Counted from the stretch's first letter, positions 46,205-56,299 are shown. The stretch: DNA of 64,000 nucleotides from a virus (IMGVR_UViG_2866360957_000001:1-64000), one strand, 5' to 3'. Numbers and translations: made by a program. Notes: generated by a model not told the origin, from the sequence alone.

Positions 46205-46893
46205 GCGACGGCGAGGGCCTGGTCGTCATCGTGCCGTCACGCGGACGCCCGGCCGCGGCGCACGACCTGGCCAAGACGTTCAAGCAGACCTGCGGCCTGC
46301 GCACCGAGCTCGTGTTCGCCATCGATGACGACGACCCCGAACGGCCCGGCTATGAGGGCCTCGACACGCTGGCCGGTCCCAACACCACGATGGTGGAAGC
46401 GCTGAACCGCGCCGCCGCCGAAGTACTCGCCCGGCCGCGACCGCCGATGGCGATCGCCTTCATGGGAGACGACCACCGGCCGCGCACCGCTGGCTGGGAC
46501 CTCGATTACCTGACCGCGCTACGCAGTCTGCCCGGCTTCGTGTACGGCGACGACCTCGTGCAGGGAGTACGCCTACCGACGCAGGTCGCGATCAGCACGA
46601 CGGTCGTTCGGGCGCTCGGGCACATGGCCCCGCCGACCCTGCGGCACATGTACGTGGACAACTACTGGCTACGGCTCGGCCAGGCGGCCGGATGCATCAC
46701 CTACCTGCGCAACGTGGTCGTCGAGCACCTGCACCCGGTGGCCGGGACCGCGGCCTGGGATGCGGGCTACCGACGCGTCAACGCGCGCGAGGTCTACGAC
46801 CAGGACAGGAAGGCGTTCGAGGCGTACATGGCCGCCAACGGCCACCGTGAGACCCTCGCCGTGCTCCAGGCCGCCGCCGCGGTACCGAAGTGA
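46201..46893 (+). CDS. GT2-like glycosyltransferase
   Basis: VIVPSRGRP, IDDDD, FMGDDH, HMYVDN, EHLHP. Confidence 0.85.
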   Translation: MSDGEGLVVIVPSRGRPAAAHDLAKTFKQTCGLRTELVFAIDDDDPERPGYEGLDTLAGPNTTMVEALNRAAAEVLARPRPPMAIAFMGDDHRPRTAGWDLDYLTALRSLPGFVYGDDLVQGVRLPTQVAISTTVVRALGHMAPPTLRHMYVDNYWLRLGQAAGCITYLRNVVVEHLHPVAGTAAWDAGYRRVNAREVYDQDRKAFEAYMAANGHRETLAVLQAAAAVPK

Positions 46894-47447
46894 CCAGGAA
46901 GCGCCTGCGTCCGGCCTACTCGGACGCCGAGCTCAAAGCCCTCTACTGCACGCCGCACGACCATCGCCGGTGGCGAGATCACCACCTGCGCGTCGATGTG
47001 ACCATCGCGATGGCCCGGTGGATGGCCGGGGACGGCGTCGCTGCGGCGGCGGACCTGTCGTGCGGGAACGGCGCGATTCTGTCCGCGGTCCCCGCGGGGG
47101 CGAAGTACTTCGGCGACTTCGCGCCCGGCTACCGGTTCCAGGGCCCGATCGAGGACACCATCATGCAGATCCCGCAGGTGGACCTGTTCGTGTGCTCGGA
47201 GACGCTTGAGCACGTGGACGCGCCCATGCTGGTGCTGGGCCGGATCCGCGACCATGCCCGCATGCTGGTGCTCTCGACGCCCGTGGACGCCTGGGACGAC
47301 GACAACCCCGAGCACTACTGGGCCTGGTCGCGCGAGGACATCGAGGAGATGCTCGCCGCCGCCGGGTGGCGGCAGCACGTGTACGCGACCGCTGACTTCC
47401 GGCCGATGGGCCTTCCGTACGCATTCGGGATCTGGGGGGTGCGGTGA
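46890..47447 (+). CDS. Class I SAM-dependent methyltransferase
   Basis: ADLSCGNG, DLFVCSETLEHVDAP, LVLSTP. Confidence 0.88.
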   Translation: MTRKRLRPAYSDAELKALYCTPHDHRRWRDHHLRVDVTIAMARWMAGDGVAAAADLSCGNGAILSAVPAGAKYFGDFAPGYRFQGPIEDTIMQIPQVDLFVCSETLEHVDAPMLVLGRIRDHARMLVLSTPVDAWDDDNPEHYWAWSREDIEEMLAAAGWRQHVYATADFRPMGLPYAFGIWGVR

Positions 47448-48361
47448 AGCGGGCTCTGGTCACTGGGAGCGCGGGGTTCGTCGGCCGCCACATGGCCGCA
47501 GAGCTGTTTGACCGCGGGTGGGAAGTGCACGCCGCCGACATCGTCAACGGGCACGACGCACACGAGATCTTCCGCGGCGGTGGCGACGCGCCCGGGTTGT
47601 TCGGCGGGGAAGTCGGCCGCTACGACCTGGTGGCGCACGCGGCGGCCACCGCCCCACACCGGGCGGCGATCGACGGCCAGCCGATGAACCTGGCGCTGGA
47701 CCTGGCGCTCGATGCCGCGATGTTCGAGTGGGCGGTGCGCACCGGCCAACGGCGGGTGCTCTACCTGTCCAGCAGCGCGGCCTACCCGATCGACCTGCAA
47801 GATGACCTTGCCGCGGCGAAGGACCTGCGCGAGGAGATGATCCGGTTCGACCGATACAACATCGGTGCTCCGGATGCCTCATACGGCTGGATGAAGCTCA
47901 CCGGCGAGCGCATCGCCGCCGCCGCGGCGCAGGCCGGGCTCGCCGTTCACGTCGTGCGGCCGTTCTCCGGCTACGGCACAGACCAGGGCGAGCAGTGGCC
48001 GTTCGGCGCCTTCATCGCGCGGGCCCTGCGGCGCGAGGACCCGTTCACGATCTGGGGCAGCGGCGAGCAGGTCCGCGACTGGCTGCACATCGACGACCTG
48101 GTGGCCGGCGCGCTGGCCGTGGTGGACGCCGACGTGCGCGAACCGGTCAACCTGTGCACCGGACGCGGCACGAGCATGCGCGAGCTCGCCGCGATGGTGT
48201 GCGCCGAGGTGGGATACCGGCCGCGGTTCGAGCTGCGCGAGGGCGCCCCGGCCGGGGTGGCGTACCGGGTCGGTGACCCGGCCCGGATGCACCGCATCTT
48301 TCAGCCGGCGGTGTCGATCGAGGACGGTGTCCGGCGCGCGTTGGCGTCGGCCTATCGGTGA
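47444..48361 (+). CDS. NAD-dependent epimerase/dehydratase (extended SDR)
   Basis: TGSAGFVG, LSSSAAY, YGWMK, RPFSGYG, VRDWLHIDD. Confidence 0.93.
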   Translation: MKRALVTGSAGFVGRHMAAELFDRGWEVHAADIVNGHDAHEIFRGGGDAPGLFGGEVGRYDLVAHAAATAPHRAAIDGQPMNLALDLALDAAMFEWAVRTGQRRVLYLSSSAAYPIDLQDDLAAAKDLREEMIRFDRYNIGAPDASYGWMKLTGERIAAAAAQAGLAVHVVRPFSGYGTDQGEQWPFGAFIARALRREDPFTIWGSGEQVRDWLHIDDLVAGALAVVDADVREPVNLCTGRGTSMRELAAMVCAEVGYRPRFELREGAPAGVAYRVGDPARMHRIFQPAVSIEDGVRRALASAYR

Positions 48362-48379
48362 TCAGAGCAAGGAGGACGC

Positions 48380-49003
48380 GTGATTATTGACGCGGGTTCG
48401 GCCGCTGAGGGGATGGGCGTGGGCGTAGCCACCGCGCCGACCGACTGCGGCCGAGGAACGACACTGTGGCGGGTGGAGCGGTGGGACGCCGACGCGGTCG
48501 GCTGGGTGCGGCGCCGGTCGGGCCTGGCGGCACCGGAGGGCCACGTGTTCCACGAGCTTAAGGTGCCGTCCTACCGGACGACGGAGCACCTGGGAAACGC
48601 GATCCTCAGCGCAGGGTGGACACGCATCCTGAACTTGCTGATCGGTACCGGCTCGACCCAGGCCATGGACGCGACCCACACCCGTGTCGGTGTGGGCGAC
48701 GGGACCACGGCGGTCACCACGGCGGACACCACGCTGACCGGGAGCACCAACAAGTACTTCAAGACCGCCGCGGGTGTGGGGACGATCGGGGCGGGCGCCG
48801 GGCCGCCTACGACGACGTTGACGATCGCGGCCACCTTCGGCATATCGCAGGCGAACTTCGATTGGAGGAAGTTCGGCGTCGATTTCGGGACTGCGGACGG
48901 CACGACAGAGGTCGCGCCGCTGCTCAACGCCGCCGTATCCAACCAGGGAACCAAAGCGTCCGGCCAGATCTGGACGGCCACCGCGACCCTCTCATGGACC
49001 TGA
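48380..49003 (+). CDS. Putative virion structural protein
   Basis: Thr/Gly-rich beta composition, VGVGDGTTA, ANFDW. Confidence 0.7.
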   Translation: MIIDAGSAAEGMGVGVATAPTDCGRGTTLWRVERWDADAVGWVRRRSGLAAPEGHVFHELKVPSYRTTEHLGNAILSAGWTRILNLLIGTGSTQAMDATHTRVGVGDGTTAVTTADTTLTGSTNKYFKTAAGVGTIGAGAGPPTTTLTIAATFGISQANFDWRKFGVDFGTADGTTEVAPLLNAAVSNQGTKASGQIWTATATLSWT

Positions 49004-49031
49004 TCACTTAGCGCTCGATCGGTAGACGTTC

Positions 49032-50237
49032 ATGGCGATCCGGTTCAGTGGCTCTGGTCAGCGGTACACGGCATCCCTCGGGCTCGGCGTCCGGACCAGC
49101 CTGACGGTCGCCTGCTGGATCAAGATCTCCGTTGACCGGAACACTCGTGTAGTGCCGTGGGTGATCCACAACGGCGCAAGCAACTACCTGTCGCTGGAAC
49201 TCACCAGCGCTGGCGAACTCGGGGTCTACACCGAGAACACCACACCCCCCGTGGCCCTCACCCCCGACGTGGGGGACTGGCTCTACGTCGCGGTGACCGT
49301 GGACGCCTCGAACGTGCGCATGACCTACGAAACGACGCCGTTCTCCGGTTCCTTCTCCAGCTCGTTCTGGGGCATCTCCCATTCGACGAACGCGGCGAGT
49401 CTGAGCATCGGCGAGTGGGTGTCCGGAACGAGCGCGTGGCTCAACGGCTGCGTGTGCGGGCTGAAGATCTGGACGGCCACGCTCACTGCGGACGAGCTTG
49501 AAACGGAGGCCACCCAGTACGCTCCGGTCCGAACCTCGGGTCTGGCGGCGTACTACCGGTTCGACGGCCCATCGACGACCGACGACAGTGGTAACGGGCG
49601 CACCCTCTCCGGCGGAGCGGGTGTCACCCAGGAGCCGGATCCGGATGACGTCACCGTGGTCACGCCGGCCGACTCCGCCGCCGCCGCCGACGCGCTGACC
49701 GCCGCCGCCACGGTGACGCTCGCGGAAGCCGCCGCGGCAAGCACAGGTGTGGCCGTGGCCGCGGGCCTGGGAGTGGCCGACTCCGGCACGGCTGCCGAGA
49801 GCCTTACGATCACCGCGACCGTACCTCTCTTGGACACCGGCACGGTCACCGAGGTGATGAGCAGCGGCATGCCGGTCCCCGTTGCCGACGCGGGCACGGG
49901 TGCAGATGCGTTCGCGACCGGCGCCACCGTGGTGCTCACTGAGACCGCCACTGGCGCCGATGCGCTGTCCATCACCGCGGCCGTACCGCTCGCCGACTCG
50001 GCGGTCGCGGCCGATGCGGTCGAGCGCGCGCAGCTCGTTGGGAAGGCGCTCGCCGACGCCGCGGCCGGGCTCGACGCGCTGGCCGTGCAGAGCTACATCG
50101 TGCGGGAGATCGGCGACCCTGGCCCGCCGCGAACGGCGTGGCCGGTGCGCACCCCGCGCCGCGCCTGGTCGGCGGCCGGGCCGCGCCGCCGCTGGTCCGT
50201 CCGCCCGCCCCGTACCGATGTGCCGCTGGAGGTGTGA
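49032..50237 (+). CDS. LamG/ConA-like domain plus Ala/Thr/Asp repeat stalk
   Basis: LTVACW, GDWLYVAVT, LNG...LKIWTATLT..EL, LAAYYRFD, DDSGNGRTL; about 18-aa D.A.A.D repeats. Confidence 0.8.
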   Translation: MAIRFSGSGQRYTASLGLGVRTSLTVACWIKISVDRNTRVVPWVIHNGASNYLSLELTSAGELGVYTENTTPPVALTPDVGDWLYVAVTVDASNVRMTYETTPFSGSFSSSFWGISHSTNAASLSIGEWVSGTSAWLNGCVCGLKIWTATLTADELETEATQYAPVRTSGLAAYYRFDGPSTTDDSGNGRTLSGGAGVTQEPDPDDVTVVTPADSAAAADALTAAATVTLAEAAAASTGVAVAAGLGVADSGTAAESLTITATVPLLDTGTVTEVMSSGMPVPVADAGTGADAFATGATVVLTETATGADALSITAAVPLADSAVAADAVERAQLVGKALADAAAGLDALAVQSYIVREIGDPGPPRTAWPVRTPRRAWSAAGPRRRWSVRPPRTDVPLEV

Positions 50238-50533
50238 TGCACGCCGCGCTGTCGATCTCCAGCTTGAGCCGCGAGTACGTGTACGCGTGGGTGGGCGGTG
50301 TGCTCGGGACCGAGACCGTCGAGATCGCGCTGATCCAGGGCGACGAACCCACCTCGGGGGACTGGGAGACCGCGGACTGGGCCAACCAGACGCCCTCGGG
50401 TGCGGACGCGCGGATTCTGGTCGGGCCCGGCGGCACGGTCACCCCGACCGACGGGGTGTGGCACATGTGGGTGCGGGTCACCGCGGTCACCGAGACGCCC
50501 GTGCTGTACTCGGGGCCGATCCTCATCACATAG
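50237..50533 (+). CDS. Small Ig-like structural protein
   Basis: ARILVGPGG...WVRVT...ETPV. Confidence 0.7.
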   Translation: MHAALSISSLSREYVYAWVGGVLGTETVEIALIQGDEPTSGDWETADWANQTPSGADARILVGPGGTVTPTDGVWHMWVRVTAVTETPVLYSGPILIT

Positions 50534-50537
50534 CCGC

Positions 50538-51839
50538 ATGACGACGGTCAGTACCAACTTCGACGGGGGCACGAACGGCCAGGTGATCACCCTGGCCAAC
50601 TCCGGTACCTCTGGCAACGCGCTCCAGTTCATCAGCGGCAGCCCCGTCTACTCCAACGCACAGGCCCACTCCGGCACCCTCTCGTGTCGATATCCCGCCT
50701 CGGCCTTCACCTCGATCGGCTACGAGCTGGCGGGCACGTCGATCTGGATCCGGTTCTACGTGCGGTTGCCGCAAAACCGTGACGAGAGCCTGGTGCGGCT
50801 GTGGGACGCGGTCGATGCCCAGGGCACGTACATGGGCGGCATCGACGCCACGGCCAGCGGTGCCATGGATCTGAACGTGGGGTTCGGCAACACCGGCACC
50901 GTGTCCGGGGCAGTGGTCCTCGGGCAGTGGATCCGCGTCGAGGCGATGTGGAGCACGACCCTCGGGGGCGAGCTTCGCGTCTACCACGACCAGGACTCGG
51001 CGACCCCCTCGGTCACGGGCACCCTCGCCACCAATCTGAGCGGCACGGTGCGCACCGAGGAACTCATCCGATTCAGCAGTACGACCGCAGTTACGTATTT
51101 CGATGACTTCGCTGTCTCCACCGATGGGTGGATCGGCCCCACGGTCACGCCGATCGCGGTCACCGACGTCGGCCAGGGCGCGGACGCCATCGGGCTCGCC
51201 GCGGCCGTCCCGGCTGGAGATGCCGCAACCGCTGCCGACGCCGTGGCGGTGTCCGCAACGGCCGGGCCGGCGGACAGTGCCGGAGCGGCCGACACGGTGA
51301 CCGTGGCGGCGTCCACCGCGCTCGCTGACGCCGCGACCGCAGCGGACGCCATCACCGTGACGGTCGCCGCAGGACTGCCGGACTCGGCGGCCGGCGCCGA
51401 ACTGCTCGGCGCGAACGCGGGCCTGGCGATCACTGACTCGGCGGCCGGCGCGGACACGCTGACACCCACCGCCGCAGTGGGCCTCGGCGACGCCGCCACG
51501 GCGGCCGAGTCCATGGTGAGCGGTCAGCTCCGGCCGGGCGTGGACGCCGGGTCCGGCACCGACGCCATGGCCGTGAGCGTGGACGCTGTGCCGGGCGACG
51601 CGGGCAGCGCGGCCGACCTGCTCGGCGTGAACACCGCGCTCACCCTGATGGACACGGCCGTCGCCGCAGACCACTTCGCGGCCATCGAGGTCACGCCGAT
51701 CAGCCTGGCCGACGCCGCGACCGCCTCAGACGCACTGTCCGTGATCCGGGATCGCGACGTCGGGCCGGTCGGGCGCCCGCGCCGGAACTGGAGCGTCCGG
51801 GGCCCGCGCCGTGGGGTGGCCGCGGCCCGACCGCTGTAG
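50538..51839 (+). CDS. Jelly-roll-like domain plus repeat stalk (paralogue 2)
   Basis: AHSGTLS, GQWIRVE, YFDDFAVS; same repeat and basic tail. Confidence 0.8.
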   Translation: MTTVSTNFDGGTNGQVITLANSGTSGNALQFISGSPVYSNAQAHSGTLSCRYPASAFTSIGYELAGTSIWIRFYVRLPQNRDESLVRLWDAVDAQGTYMGGIDATASGAMDLNVGFGNTGTVSGAVVLGQWIRVEAMWSTTLGGELRVYHDQDSATPSVTGTLATNLSGTVRTEELIRFSSTTAVTYFDDFAVSTDGWIGPTVTPIAVTDVGQGADAIGLAAAVPAGDAATAADAVAVSATAGPADSAGAADTVTVAASTALADAATAADAITVTVAAGLPDSAAGAELLGANAGLAITDSAAGADTLTPTAAVGLGDAATAAESMVSGQLRPGVDAGSGTDAMAVSVDAVPGDAGSAADLLGVNTALTLMDTAVAADHFAAIEVTPISLADAATASDALSVIRDRDVGPVGRPRRNWSVRGPRRGVAAARPL

Positions 51840-51847
51840 GGGGTGCC

Positions 51848-53185
51848 GTGGCCGAGCCGTCGTACGTCGCCATCGGCGGATACGTCGCAGAAACGGGCGT
51901 TCAGGCGGCGGTGCCGGTCCCGCCCGGCGCGGCGGCCGGGATGGCGATCGTCGTCGGAATGTTCATGGACGGGCCCCCTCTGGCGGTCCCCCCGACGATG
52001 CCGCCAGGGTTCGAGGTTCCTGAGAACGCGCCGGTGCAGATCCCGTCCGGGGCCGGGACGCACAGCCTGTACGTGTGGATCAAGCGCCTCACCGGCAGCG
52101 ACGGCGGCACCTATACCTTCACCTGGGGCGAGGAGCGCTACCAGGAGTCGCAGGCGATCCTGTACCGGGACGTGGCCACCACGGGCCCGCTGTTCGACTC
52201 ACCAACCGACTCCGCAGCCGACACCGCCGCCATCACCACCAGCCCGCCTGTCGAGGTGACCAGCGCGGGCCCGGACCGGCGGCTGGTCTGGCTATCGACG
52301 AACTGGTCGGGCGGCACATGGACGGCACCAACAGGCTTCACTCGGCGCGTGCAGGGCGGCGCGCAGATCTGGAGCGCGGCCGACCGCTCGTGGCCCACGG
52401 CCGGAGCGACCGGCTCGGTGGTCGGTTCGTGTACCGGTAGCGACCGGCGCACGGCCTGGCTCGGCGCCCTGCGCGGCACCACGTCCGACAGCACACCCGT
52501 CGCCGTGGCCGATGCGGCGTCGGCCGGTGACGCGCTTGCCGTCGGCGCCACCATCGCGCGGGGCGACACCGCGACCGCAGCCGACACCGTGGCGGTCACC
52601 GCGACCGCAGCCGCCAGCGACTCCGCCACCGCGGCCGCCGCGCTGACCGCCGCGGCCACGGTGGCGACCACCGAGAGCGGCACGGGGGCGGACACCCTGG
52701 CGGTCGGGGGCCTCGCGCCGCTGGCCGACGCCGCAGTGTGCGGTGATGGGCTGATGGTCGCGGTCACCGTTCCGCTCGCGGATTCCGTGGTCGGCGGTGA
52801 GGCCCTGCTGCCCGCCGTGACCGCGCCGCTCGGCGATGTCGCGGCCGGGGCGGACCTGCTGACCGCCGCCGTACAGGCGGCCATGGCCGACACTGCGGCC
52901 GGCGCGGACCAGCTCGCTCGCGGCGAGCAACTCGCGCTCGGCGACGCCGCCACGGCGGCCGATGCGCTGGCGGTGCTCGTCGCCGCCGGGCTGGACGAGC
53001 AAGCGGCGGCCGTCGAGGTGCTCGCCGCGGCAGTGGACGTGACGCTCACCGACGCCGCGGCCGAGCTCGACGTGCTGGCCGTGGCCGGTCCGGCGGCGAC
53101 CGGCGGGTTCATGACGGCCACCGACCGCCGTGGAACAGCGATGGCAGGCGCAGCGCGCGCCGGCGCGAGGATGGAGGCGCGGTGA
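51848..53185 (+). CDS. Beta-rich domain plus repeat stalk (paralogue 3)
   Basis: WIKRLTGSD.GTYTF, TAPTGFT; same repeat. Confidence 0.8.
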   Translation: MAEPSYVAIGGYVAETGVQAAVPVPPGAAAGMAIVVGMFMDGPPLAVPPTMPPGFEVPENAPVQIPSGAGTHSLYVWIKRLTGSDGGTYTFTWGEERYQESQAILYRDVATTGPLFDSPTDSAADTAAITTSPPVEVTSAGPDRRLVWLSTNWSGGTWTAPTGFTRRVQGGAQIWSAADRSWPTAGATGSVVGSCTGSDRRTAWLGALRGTTSDSTPVAVADAASAGDALAVGATIARGDTATAADTVAVTATAAASDSATAAAALTAAATVATTESGTGADTLAVGGLAPLADAAVCGDGLMVAVTVPLADSVVGGEALLPAVTAPLGDVAAGADLLTAAVQAAMADTAAGADQLARGEQLALGDAATAADALAVLVAAGLDEQAAAVEVLAAAVDVTLTDAAAELDVLAVAGPAATGGFMTATDRRGTAMAGAARAGARMEAR

Positions 53186-54003
53186 GCTACGACCTCGGGG
53201 ACGTCGTCCCACTGACCGTCACGATCACGGATGCGGACGGCCACCCGGCGAACGCCAGCACGGTGACACTGACGATCACCCTGCCGGACGGCACCGTGAC
53301 CACGGTGGGCCCGGTCGCGCCGACCGAGACCGGCGTATACGGCCACGACTATCCGACCGTCCAGACCGGGCTGCACGTCGTGCGCTGGGTCGCCACCGGC
53401 GCCAACGCGAGCGCGTATGACGACGTCATCGACGTCCAGCCGGCGGCCGTGACCTTCGTCAGCTTGAGCGACGCGCGGGAGCACCTGAAGAAGACCGGAC
53501 TCGCGGGCGACGACGAGAAGCTCCGGCGGTTCGTCGGGGCCGCCTGCCGCATGATCAGCGACCGGATGGGCCACGTCGCGCCGACCACGCGCAGCATGGA
53601 CGGCTCCGGCTGCACGGTGATCCTGGAGCGCCCGGTCATCGCGGTGACCTCAGTGACGAAGCTTCCCGGCGGCGACGTCGTACCGGCCGCCGACCCGATC
53701 GCGGGGACCGCCGGATGGACCCTCGACGGCGCGGCCGCGGTGCTCACGCTGACGCGGTCGTACGGCCGGGTGCGCGTCACCTACCGTGCCGGACGCAGTC
53801 CGATTCCGGCGAACTTCCGCCTTGCCGCGCTGGAACTCACCGGGCACCTGTGGCGGACGTCGCAGCTCAACGGCGGCGGCGGGCGCCCGTCGCTCGCTGG
53901 CGACGAGCAGGTGGTGCCCGGCGTCAGCTACGCGCTCCCGTACTCGGTGCGGCAGCTCCTGGGGCTCGACAAGAGGCCCCAGGAAGAGCTCCTGGTCGGC
54001 TGA
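53182..54003 (+). CDS. Head-tail adaptor with N-terminal Ig-like domain
   Basis: VSLSDAREHL...DDEKL...VTYRAG...AALEL..HLW...LPYSVRQLL. Confidence 0.8.
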   Translation: MSYDLGDVVPLTVTITDADGHPANASTVTLTITLPDGTVTTVGPVAPTETGVYGHDYPTVQTGLHVVRWVATGANASAYDDVIDVQPAAVTFVSLSDAREHLKKTGLAGDDEKLRRFVGAACRMISDRMGHVAPTTRSMDGSGCTVILERPVIAVTSVTKLPGGDVVPAADPIAGTAGWTLDGAAAVLTLTRSYGRVRVTYRAGRSPIPANFRLAALELTGHLWRTSQLNGGGGRPSLAGDEQVVPGVSYALPYSVRQLLGLDKRPQEELLVG

Positions 54004-54032
54004 TACCGACCGCGCCCTGTTCGCCGATCGAG

Positions 54033-54079
54033 GGTCAAGCCCAGCTTGACCTCTGCCAGGTCAAGCCCAACTTGACCTC
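54033..54079. repeat. Two tandem palindromes GGTCAAG-N5-CTTGACC
   Basis: 21-nt copies at 54033 and 54059, one mismatch. Confidence 0.85.
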
Positions 54080-54103
54080 AGAACTCCCAGGAGGACACGG
54101 CCG

Positions 54104-54598
54104 ATGGAGCCGACCATAAGCACCGTCCCGGCCTGCCTGCGGGCGCTCGTGGCCGCCGCCGAGCGCGCCGTGCCACCGCGGATCGTCCGGGGCCGCGAGG
54201 TGCCGGTGACGGTCGTGCTCGGGCAGCCGAACGTCGGCCAGATGGACTCGGACGAGATGGTCCTGATCGCGTTCACGGGCGAGCCCGGCGACCCCGGCGT
54301 GACCTCCAACAGGACGCAGCCTCAGGGGGTCACCGCGCCGGACCGGGAAAGCTACGACGTGATCTGCCTCGCGACGAGCTGGCACGGGCACGATGATCAG
54401 CCGCTCCCAGTGCTGGATCGCACCTACGAGATGGTCAACGCACTGGCCGCCGAGCTTGCTGCCGACGGCACGCTCGGCGGGGTTGTCGGCCGAACGCGCA
54501 TCTCGACGGACCAGCTCGTTCAGGTCCAGACCGAGCAGGGCGCGGTCGCGCTCCTCAGATTTACAGTCCACGTCGAGGCGTTCACGAGGGCGTACTGA
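54104..54598 (+). CDS. Putative tail terminator
   Basis: Position; DGTLGGVV. Confidence 0.65.
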   Translation: MEPTISTVPACLRALVAAAERAVPPRIVRGREVPVTVVLGQPNVGQMDSDEMVLIAFTGEPGDPGVTSNRTQPQGVTAPDRESYDVICLATSWHGHDDQPLPVLDRTYEMVNALAAELAADGTLGGVVGRTRISTDQLVQVQTEQGAVALLRFTVHVEAFTRAY

Positions 54599-55050
54599 TG
54601 ATGGCCAGGAAGACCCGGACGTACACCCGCGGCGCGGAGGAGATCCGGGCGTTCGCCCGAGAGCTCGGCAAGATGCCGAAGGAGGTCCGCCGGGAGCTGC
54701 GGCCCCGACTCAAGTCAGTCGGTGCCAAAGCGTTGATCAGCGCGCGGCTCCGGGCGGCCTGGTCCACCCGGATCCCGCGGGCGACCCGCCTCAAGATCGG
54801 CCTGAGCCAGCGGAATCCCGGCCTGGCCATCGAGGTGGACCGGAAACGCGCCCCGCATGCCCGCCCGTACGAGAACAACGACGAAGACGGGATTTTCCTG
54901 GCGCCGTTCTTCGGCAACAAGAACGGCCGCTGGTACGGGCACCGGGCGCGGCCGTTCCTGGTCCGAGGCGCCCGGCCCTGGTTTGAGACGACCGATCGCG
55001 ATGTTGCCGAGGTCGTGGACGACGTCGCCCGCCGGACGGGCTTCCGATGA
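54598..55050 (+). CDS. HK97 gp10-like tail completion protein
   Basis: Basic; APHARPYE...ARPFL. Confidence 0.7.
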   Translation: MMARKTRTYTRGAEEIRAFARELGKMPKEVRRELRPRLKSVGAKALISARLRAAWSTRIPRATRLKIGLSQRNPGLAIEVDRKRAPHARPYENNDEDGIFLAPFFGNKNGRWYGHRARPFLVRGARPWFETTDRDVAEVVDDVARRTGFR

Positions 55051-55062
55051 GAGAGGACACTC

Positions 55063-55569
55063 ATGGCTCTTAGCGTGCGCGCGCTCGTGCAGCTCGCGGC
55101 CGACCTGACCAGCGCGCAGGACCTGACGACCGCGAGCGCACCGCTCAGTTTGGCCCGGCAGGTCACCCTGACCGACGGCGCCGGCCTCAACCAGGCCAAC
55201 CGGATCTGGAGCGACCAGAGAACGCTCGCCGCGTCGGCCAGCGAGGACATCGACCTCGCCGGGACTCTGACCGACCCGTTCGGCGCGACGATCACCCTGG
55301 CCCGCGTCAAGGCGCTGATCGTGTCCGCCGCGGTCGGCAACGTGAACAACGTCGTCCTGGGCAATGCCGCGGCCAACGGCTGGGTCGGACCATTCGGGGC
55401 GGCCGAACACACCCTGGCCGTGCGTCCTGGTGGTGTCCTCGCGCTGCTCGCGCCGGACGCCACCGGCTACGCGGTCACCGCGGGCACCGCCGACCTGCTG
55501 CACGTCGCCAACAGCGGCGCCGGGTCCGGGGTGACCTATCAGATCGTCGTCGTCGGCGCAGCCAGCTAG
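55063..55569 (+). CDS. Putative structural protein
   Basis: RBS; beta-rich. Confidence 0.7.
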   Translation: MALSVRALVQLAADLTSAQDLTTASAPLSLARQVTLTDGAGLNQANRIWSDQRTLAASASEDIDLAGTLTDPFGATITLARVKALIVSAAVGNVNNVVLGNAAANGWVGPFGAAEHTLAVRPGGVLALLAPDATGYAVTAGTADLLHVANSGAGSGVTYQIVVVGAAS

Positions 55570-55577
55570 GGGGAGCC

Positions 55578-55811
55578 GTGGAGCTGGAAACCGTGGAGAT
55601 GATCCACCCGAACCTGCCGGGCCAGTCCGCGAACGTGCCACGGCAGGCCGTATCCCACCATCAGCGCGCGGGCTGGCGACTCGCCGAGGAGCCGCCGCCG
55701 GATCCACCCGCACCCGAGAAGACCGATCAAGCCCCGTCCGCCGCCGGGGCTTCTTCTTTGCCCGAAAACGAGAAGTCGCCGCGGGGTCGGCGCACCAGGG
55801 GGGATGAGTAA
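55578..55811 (+). CDS. Small protein preceding the major tail gene
   Basis: HP.LP...AGW; TAATG coupling. Confidence 0.6.
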   Translation: MELETVEMIHPNLPGQSANVPRQAVSHHQRAGWRLAEEPPPDPPAPEKTDQAPSAAGASSLPENEKSPRGRRTRGDE

Positions 55812-56299
55812 TGCCCGCTACGCCGATCGCCACGGTCAACAGGTATTGGCCGACCGGCACGTCCAAGTGGTTGTTCTGCCCGAGCGTCGCCAACATCCAG
55901 GCGATCACCCGGGCGGAGATCAACGCCGGGACGGACCTGACCCGCGAGGTCGCGGCGACCGAGGGATGGTCCACGACCGGTGAGCTGATCGAGACGCCGG
56001 ACGGCGACAGCCGGTTCGTCGCGAGAATCCCCGGCAAGATCACCGCCGACGACTCCAGCATCACCTTCTACCTCGACCCGTCCGGCGTGGACGCGAGGGC
56101 CCTGTTCCCGCGCGACACCTCGGGCTTCATCATTCGCATGCCCGGCGGCGACATCGCCGGGCGTCTCTGCGACGTGTTCCCCGCGAGGGTCACCACCGCG
56201 ACCAAGCTCGTGAACGTCGGCGAGGAAGAAGCCGGGCGCCTCCAGGTCGCCTTCGCGATCGTGCGCGAGCCCGCCGAAGACATCGTCATCCCAGCGTAA
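55811..56299 (+). CDS. Major tail (tube) protein
   Basis: TRAEINAGTDL...PD.DSRF...IPG...DDSSITFY; upstream of the chaperone. Confidence 0.85.
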   Translation: MPATPIATVNRYWPTGTSKWLFCPSVANIQAITRAEINAGTDLTREVAATEGWSTTGELIETPDGDSRFVARIPGKITADDSSITFYLDPSGVDARALFPRDTSGFIIRMPGGDIAGRLCDVFPARVTTATKLVNVGEEEAGRLQVAFAIVREPAEDIVIPA

